DNA from: Eledone cirrhosa
Lineage: Eukaryota
Assembly (NCBI GenBank): GCA_964016885.1
Contig: OZ024743.1
Coordinates: forward strand, 227,788,001 to 227,852,000
DNA length: 64,000 nt
Direction: 5' to 3'
Part shown: in pieces, positions 57,586 to 64,000 of the stretch
Position numbering within the stretch: the first letter of the stretch is position 1
Layout: each line of letters opens with the position of its first letter
Program-made: the position numbers and the translations under genes
The notes under the pieces: generated by a model
Told to the model about the DNA's origin: nothing
Database searches by the model: none
The model's input: only the letters and a program-made list of their open reading frames with translations

Positions 57586-59090
57586 CTATTTTTCTGAATG
57601 TTTGTTAGCAAAGAATGTGGTACTGATATTGAGCCCATACCCACAGCAGCTACTCAGCACCAGCAGCCTCACACCATTTTTGTTTGTCCTCTGAGCTGAA
57701 CCATGAAGCACCGCCATAGAGAAAAACTCACATCTGTAATTGTTTAGTTGAGTATTGAAGTCACCCATTATCAACTTTATGTCATATCATGGTATACAAT
57801 CCAGGACATTCTTCAAGTGGTTATAGAATGCCTCATTATCTCTCTCCTTTTCCACAACCCTTACTGTTGCATATCTGGTAGTGAACTTTACTGTGAAATT
57901 CTGACCATTCAGAGTCCTTCAGTCAATCAGTGAGCATATTGCATGCCCACTCAAATCAATGCAAACTTCTCAGGTATGATGTTCTTCTAACCAAAGTAGA
58001 GGATGGTCCTATCTCTACTAGTGATGCATCCCTAGCCTGTCCATTGTTTCTCACTGATGCCCCAAATGTCTATGTGTTAGATAGCCATCTATCATATAAC
58101 CTGTTCCAGGTGACCAATCTTGTGGTACTCTTGGCACAAATGATCTTGCTTATCAAAGGCTGAGTGTACTTTTGTCTCTTGTCTGACTCCCTCACAAATG
58201 CATCAGTAAATACACCACCATGTTGCCTTCTTCATAAGGAATGATTTAATCTGTTCATTACTTCAATTTTGATTTATGTTTTTGGTGGATTTCATCTTGT
58301 GGATGCCCATGGGGATCCAGCATACTGCCTTAGATGAGACAGAGAAGATGAACTGACTAACTCCACCAATGATCTGAGACTTCTTAGTACCATATCTATG
58401 ATAATACAAGGCATTACCACCAGTCATAGTAACAGAAGCTCAAAGGTTGGTCTTCAAATCAGCAGTAATGTTTACTGTGGAGGCATAAGAGCAAGCAGTC
58501 CAGTTGGTAACCCAGACTCTGGAGACTGTTGACACCATTGCACACCTGGGTAGTTAACTTTCTAAAGATTGCAACTCCAGAATTGATGTGAAAAAGAGAC
58601 TCAGTAAAGCTGCAGCTGTCTTTCATGGTCCAGCTCTTCCATCAGCCAAGACATAAAACTCCACCTGAATGCATTAATCATTGTGCCAACAGTGATTTAT
58701 ACTTGTGAGAGATGAAAAAAGATCTGCAGTTCTACAGATGTTGTCTTTCACAACTGTAGACATCATGGAAAGAGCCCAACTGAGTAATCTATGGGACATC
58801 ATTACTTTATAATTTCAGAAGATGCTTGGCCATGTGCTACGCATGCCCATGAAGAGACTAGCGAGGGCCACCCTAGAACAAATGCCAGGAAGCAAGCAAA
58901 GACCATCAAGATTGGGTTGAGATCTGTGAAGGAGGACCTGGCAAACATTGGCCTGGCATGGAAAGAGGCCCATGACAGGCTAGTGACCAGGGATGAAAAG
59001 CCTAGGAAGAGACCCATGATAGGTATTGTGTGATCATGCAGAATTAAGATCTCATCACCCGATGTCCCATAGGGAGCAAACAGAACTGAA
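57586..59090. mobile_element. Decayed RTE-clade LINE: endonuclease part on minus (~57586-58150), RT/3' part on plus (~58380-59090)
   Basis: IMGDFNTQL and NKNGVRLL (minus); LGS, IDVKKRLSKAAAVF and RCLGHVLRMP (plus); many stops. Confidence 0.65.
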
Positions 59091-59283
59091 GATTTTTTTT
59101 TCTGAATTCCCAAACTGTCAACAGTTTCTTTTATAATGTATTGATTTAACCTGGGATAGGTTTTATAATGTATTGATCTGGGACAAAATATGTATGTGTG
59201 AAATGAAAAATAAGAGTAAAAACAAAACGCCAATAATAAATAATCTAAAGACAGCCTGCCAACCTGGCTGAAGGAATACTAAC

Positions 59284-59445
59284 CAATGACTTCTGTGTCT
59301 TGGTAAGGATTTTTTTTCCTGTAGTTAGGGGTTGTACTGAAAGGAGGCTTCGTTGTGGGGGTGGTGGTAGTAATAGTTGGTGTGGTTGTCGTCTTTATAC
59401 TCCTCATAGTTGGAGTAGTTCGTTTTGTATAACTCACCGGCATTA
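59284..59445 (-). CDS. Efn: Ephrin exon: Thr/Pro-rich stalk
   Basis: Acceptor tatttttcag, donor gttagt; 162 nt, phase 1-1; (V)MPVSYTKRTTPTMRSIKTTTTPTITTTTPTTKPPFSTTPNYRKKNPYQDTEVI. Confidence 0.8.
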
Positions 59446-59583
59446 CTGAAAAATAGTGAGAAGAGGAAGAATGGTTATATTTGATGATTGATGAGCTGCT
59501 TGGGGACAGAAGAAACTGCATGTCATTGTTAATATTATTATATAGAAGTCTTGTACCAAAGATAGATATTATTATCTTTATTA

Positions 59584-60430
59584 AGGGCGGTGGATTGGCA
59601 GTATTGGTAGAGGGTCGGACGCCATGCTTTCCAGCATAGTTACGTCCCTTTATGGTCTGAGTTCAAATCCCACCGAGGTTAACTTTGCCTTTCATCCTTA
59701 CGGGGTCGATAGAATAAAGTACCAGTAATGAACTGGGTATTTGATGGCCTTGTGCCAAAAGTAGAAACAATTATCTTTATTATTATTATTATTATTATTA
59801 GGAAGTGGATTGACAGTATTGGTAAAAGTTTGGATGCCATGCTTTGCAGCATAGAGTTATGCCCCTTGATGCTCTGAGTTCAAATCCCATCGAGATTAAC
59901 TTTGCCTTTCATCCTTACGGGGTCGATAAAATAAAGCACAAGTAATACACTGGGATAATTGCTGACCTTGTGTCAAAAGAAGAAACAATTATTATCGATG
60001 GCTTGGCAGGATTGGTAGAGCATCAGACACCATGTTTTGCAGCACAGAGTTATGGCCCTTTATGTTCTGAATTCAAATCCCTGCTTTGCTTTTCATCATT
60101 ATGGGGTAGATAAAATAAAGTACCAGTACTGCATTGGGGTCAATTTAATAGACGTTCCCCTCCCCCAAAAATGTTTAGCCTTGTGCCTATAGTAGAAATC
60201 ATTATTATTGATGTATACCCCTATAATCATTCCTTATTGTTATCATTAACCACAATAGTGAATTAGCAGAACTGTTAGAGTGTTGAAGAAATGCTTTGCA
60301 GCATTTACTTCAGCTCTTTGTGTTCTGATTTCAAATTCTAACAAAATAAAGTGTCAGTTAAGTACTGGGTGATATCATCAGCTTTTACATCACCCCAAAT
60401 TGCTGGTCTTGTGCCAAAGATAAAAATAAT
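59584..60430 (+). mobile_element. Array of four head-to-tail family A SINEs in an ephrin intron
   Basis: Copies at ~59584-59772 (flanked by ATTATCTTTATTA), 59800-59992, 59998-60200 and 60258-60430; divergence increases left to right. Confidence 0.88.
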
Positions 60431-60995
60431 TATTATCATCTATGGAGGTTATATTCATATAGGGAAGGAGTAAACAAAGTTATATTAAATGAGGGGAGGA
60501 TCAGAGATTTTAAAACAATCAGTTATATATAAAAAAAATAAGATTATATCAAAAATTCAATTAAATGTAAAATACATTACATAGATAATTTATATAAAAA
60601 CACAATAATTAAAAAAAATAAACATCATCATCATCATTACAGAGTGAGTCAGTACCCAAATGGAGCTACAGACTTCTGAGATGAGCTGGGGATCTGCATC
60701 TTGTTTATATATATTCCCACATTCATCCGAGTGCTCAGATGGGCTTGGAGTCTGCATCTTGCTTCCATATGTCTCTGCACTCTACAAAATCCATTTTAGC
60801 ATGTCACCAGCATTAGTGAGGTTGTTAAAACTGTGACACAGCTGAAGGTTTTTCTAGAGCTTGATGCCCTTCATATCACTAACTACTTTACAGCATGTAC
60901 AGGGGTGTATTTATTGTGTAGTACACCAACACTATGTAGGCTGTTATGTCTTGATAATTTGATATTTAAACAAACAGTACACTATTGAAACTTAC

Positions 60996-61151
60996 CTGTT
61001 GTATCTCTCCTTGTGGATTTCGTATGGCTTTTGCTTCCTGGAGATGCCGTAGTAGAAGAGCAGCAGATGTCCAGTTTCAAACGCATTCCCTTGTGTTTGC
61101 ATGCACCACCCCATTGATTGTCGAGGCCGCTATATGTACCTTCAGATGTTG
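60996..61151 (-). CDS. Efn: Ephrin exon: end of receptor-binding domain
   Basis: Acceptor ttttcttcag, donor gtaagt; 156 nt, phase 1-1; (T)TSEGTYSGLDNQWGGACKHKGMRLKLDICCSSTTASPGSKSHTKSTRRDTT matches the ephrin motif STS.G...GL....GG.C....M.L. Confidence 0.93.
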
Positions 61152-61213
61152 CTGAAGAAAAGAAAAAATAGTTTAGTGTGCAGGTTTAACAAAGTATTAA
61201 AGTCTCATTTATC

Positions 61214-61327
61214 CAGGGCCAGATTAACTCTTTTTCAAGACCTAAGCACTCAAAAACATTATGGTGCCCTTCTACCCATAATGCCCAAAGCATGTGTTTA
61301 TTCTGCTTGGTGACTAATCCAGCCCTG
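61214..61327. mobile_element. Small hAT-like MITE
   Basis: TIRs CAGGGCCAGATTA / TAATCCAGCCCTG; TSD only partly conserved. Confidence 0.65.
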
Positions 61328-62249
61328 CATGTAAGCATACTCATAGTTATTAACTACCCACATCCATTGAAATATTTCAACTTGTCATAAGTAAATACTA
61401 TTGGTATGTAGATGCCACTGCTGTAAAGAATGTTTGTAATGGATCAGTAATAAACTTTTTCCTTTATCAAAAATCCAAGTAATTCTTTTTGTTTTGTTTT
61501 TTGAAGGGACATAAGATATAGAGGATTCAGTCAACTGTATCAAATTCAGCATATAACTGAAACTCATTTTATTGACATTAGAGTGATGTAGTAAGGTAAA
61601 GTTAGCCCAGACAGTATTTGAACTGAGAATGTAAAAGAAGAGATTTAAATACCAAGCATAATTCTCAATTCAAGCCTCACAGTTCTGTCATGAGATTTTC
61701 AAGTTATCATGTTTACATTGATAATCATTTTCTGTGAAAACTTCAAAAGTTATAGTAAATATATTTTACATTAGTTTCAACAATGAGTATTCCACAACAA
61801 AATCAAAAGGACAAAGTGCACATGCACATGACAAGGCTTGTAATATAATGCTGATGCCATGATAAAATTCATCCAGTCTACTCTGTAAAGTGGTAGTACC
61901 AGTGTCACAATAAAATGTACCCAGTCCACTTTGTAAAATCGTAGTGCCAATATACAATACTATGTGTTCATGTAGTGCACTACAATCTCTTTATATAATT
62001 ATAAGTGTCAAAAATACAGAGTTAAATATATTATGATAAACAATGAAAGAATAAGAGAACAAAAGTAGTAATTCATTGTTTTAAAGAGTTCAGCCAAATG
62101 GGAAAAGCAAGACTTATCCACTGGCTTCTTTCAGATACAATCTTTCTGTATTCTTTGACTCCACATAATTGGTACTAGTAAAGGGTGAGGGGATTGTTGT
62201 TAATTTGGGATGGAATCAGGGTAATGGAAATAGTAATGCCAACATTAAT

Positions 62250-62322
62250 CTCGGGGTCGATAAAATAAAGTACCAGTAATGCACTGGGTAATTGCTGGCC
62301 TTGTGCCTAAAGTAGAAACAAT
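62250..62322 (+). mobile_element. SINE family A 3' fragment
   Basis: CGGGGTCGATAAAATAAAGTACCAG...AAAGTAGAAACAAT. Confidence 0.85.
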
Positions 62323-63124
62323 TAATCTCTGTTATAATTTCTTTGAAGAACCAAAGTCTGAACCATTTAAAATAATATAAATAAAACAATCCCTCCACTC
62401 TTTTGATACTTTGACAAGGAAAGAAGTATGAACCAATCTAAAAAGAGACCCTCCTCTATTTTCCTATCTGATGTTTATTATAGACTTTTCACTGATTCTG
62501 TATCACCATACAAATTTAATAAAGACATCCACTATATGTGGTGTGATATAAGCCTCATTATTAATTTACTACATACATTTCTCTTCATTACCAAAGACCT
62601 TAAACAACCTTAGCCATAAATTCAGTGATAATTTTGTCACTTTAAAATTCCTTCCATCTTTTTTTCCTGTTGTTGTTGCTATGTTTATCTTTGGTTTGTT
62701 TCTCTTTTATTTTTCTTTGAGAAAAAGAAAAACCAAAAACAAAAGCAAATTTAAGATTGGCAAATTAAGGATAGAAATTACTGGGAATTAAAACAAAACC
62801 AAAAGCATTGCAGGCTGATGCTTTAATAATAAAACAAATAAAATTAGATGAGCTCATAAAACAACAACAATAGCAGCAACAACAAGAACATTTAACAAAG
62901 CTGACAAGAAACCCATATTTATGTTTCTAATGAATAATTTGTTGATAGTAGTATGAATACTTTTCCTTATCCTCTTTTTTTCTCTTTTGGTTTCTACCAC
63001 AAAAGTATTCACTAAGAAATGTTGATATGGCTCAATAAATATTTTATTTCTTATTTTCCGGCCTTTTTCTTTTCTGTTTTATTTGGTTGAGGTTTATTTT
63101 TACTATACTTTTATATTTACTTAC

Positions 63125-63296
63125 TGACAATATAGTAACTCTTGCCAGCTACAAAGTCTGGAACAAAGGGAAATGGCTGGAACTCGCGTACATGAAGCGT
63201 GAATAATGTTGTGTCGTTGGACTTTAAGCACCGCAGTAACCGAATTGCATTTTTGGGATCATAAATTACGCATTCATCATATTCATTTTTTGATAC
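63125..63296 (-). CDS. Efn: Ephrin exon: core of receptor-binding domain (upstream exons lie outside the window)
   Basis: Acceptor ctcttaacag, donor gtaagt; 172 nt, phase 0-1; VSKNEYDECVIYDPKNAIRLLRCLKSNDTTLFTLHVREFQPFPFVPDFVAGKSYYIV matches the ephrin pattern V..E.YD.C...L.C...FT...EF.P.....F..G..YY. Confidence 0.94.
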
Positions 63297-64000
63297 CTGT
63301 TAAGAGAAAATAGAAAAAAAAATGAAAAAAATACAATTATTATTATTACTATTATTGTTATTATTGAAGGAAATGAATTACTAAATTTACACAGGCTTAA
63401 ATTGGTTAGGAATTGGAAAACAAAGTTTTCTATTCTCTACACAAGAAGAGGAATCAATGACAATAGCTTCTAATAACAAACATCTATTAAACTGCCTTTC
63501 ATTTGGCCAATTTTTGCTCAAAAATCAAAACCACAAAACCAATAATAAAACATTATTACAAAATCAAACAATGAAAATAATAGATTAATAGAAAATTATT
63601 ATTATCATTGTTATCATTATTATTATTGTTATTATTATAAAAAAATAAAACAAAGAAAACATTAAAACAAAAGAGCAATAAAACCAATAAAGACAAATAC
63701 TACAACTGCAACAACAAAGAACAGGATGAAGAAATATTACTGACAAAAAGAAAAGAAAAAAAGGAAAAGTACATCAATTTATTATATCATCAGCATTATT
63801 ATTATTATTGTTGTTATTATTATTATTAATTGTAAAATTGTGAAGTGCCATCAGAACTGAGTAAATTATTGTTTGTACTAAATTAACACTTCAGAAAACT
63901 TTCACTGAAAGAATCTACAAATATACACACACATGCACACATTCAATATATATATATATACATACACACATATAGACATTATACATACATATATATACAT

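Overview
AT-rich, microsatellite-saturated animal genomic DNA, most likely an octopod cephalopod (inferred from the SINE families and the (TA)n/(CA)n load). It contains: (i) the 5' 4 kb of an apparently intact L1/Tx1-clade LINE on the minus strand, with a zinc-knuckle ORF1 and an overlapping APE-RT ORF2 that runs off the left edge; (ii) the last four coding exons of a minus-strand ephrin gene (63296 to 56091) with a Thr-rich stalk and a GPI-type C-terminus; (iii) many tRNA-derived SINEs, several MITEs, and RTE and Penelope-like (PLE) remnants. The most striking hidden feature is about a dozen short type I hammerhead-ribozyme (HHR) motifs between 5.6 and 32 kb. They are sequence-diverse, usually abut (TA)n tracts and often lie in direct or inverted repeats. 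One belongs to a 1.3-kb retrozyme-like unit, and two carry the compensatory U3:A8 core. Two fold-back inversions centred on the same SINE T-loop nucleotides are also present. Most short ORF-track entries are microsatellite artefacts. All folds and alignments were done by eye.
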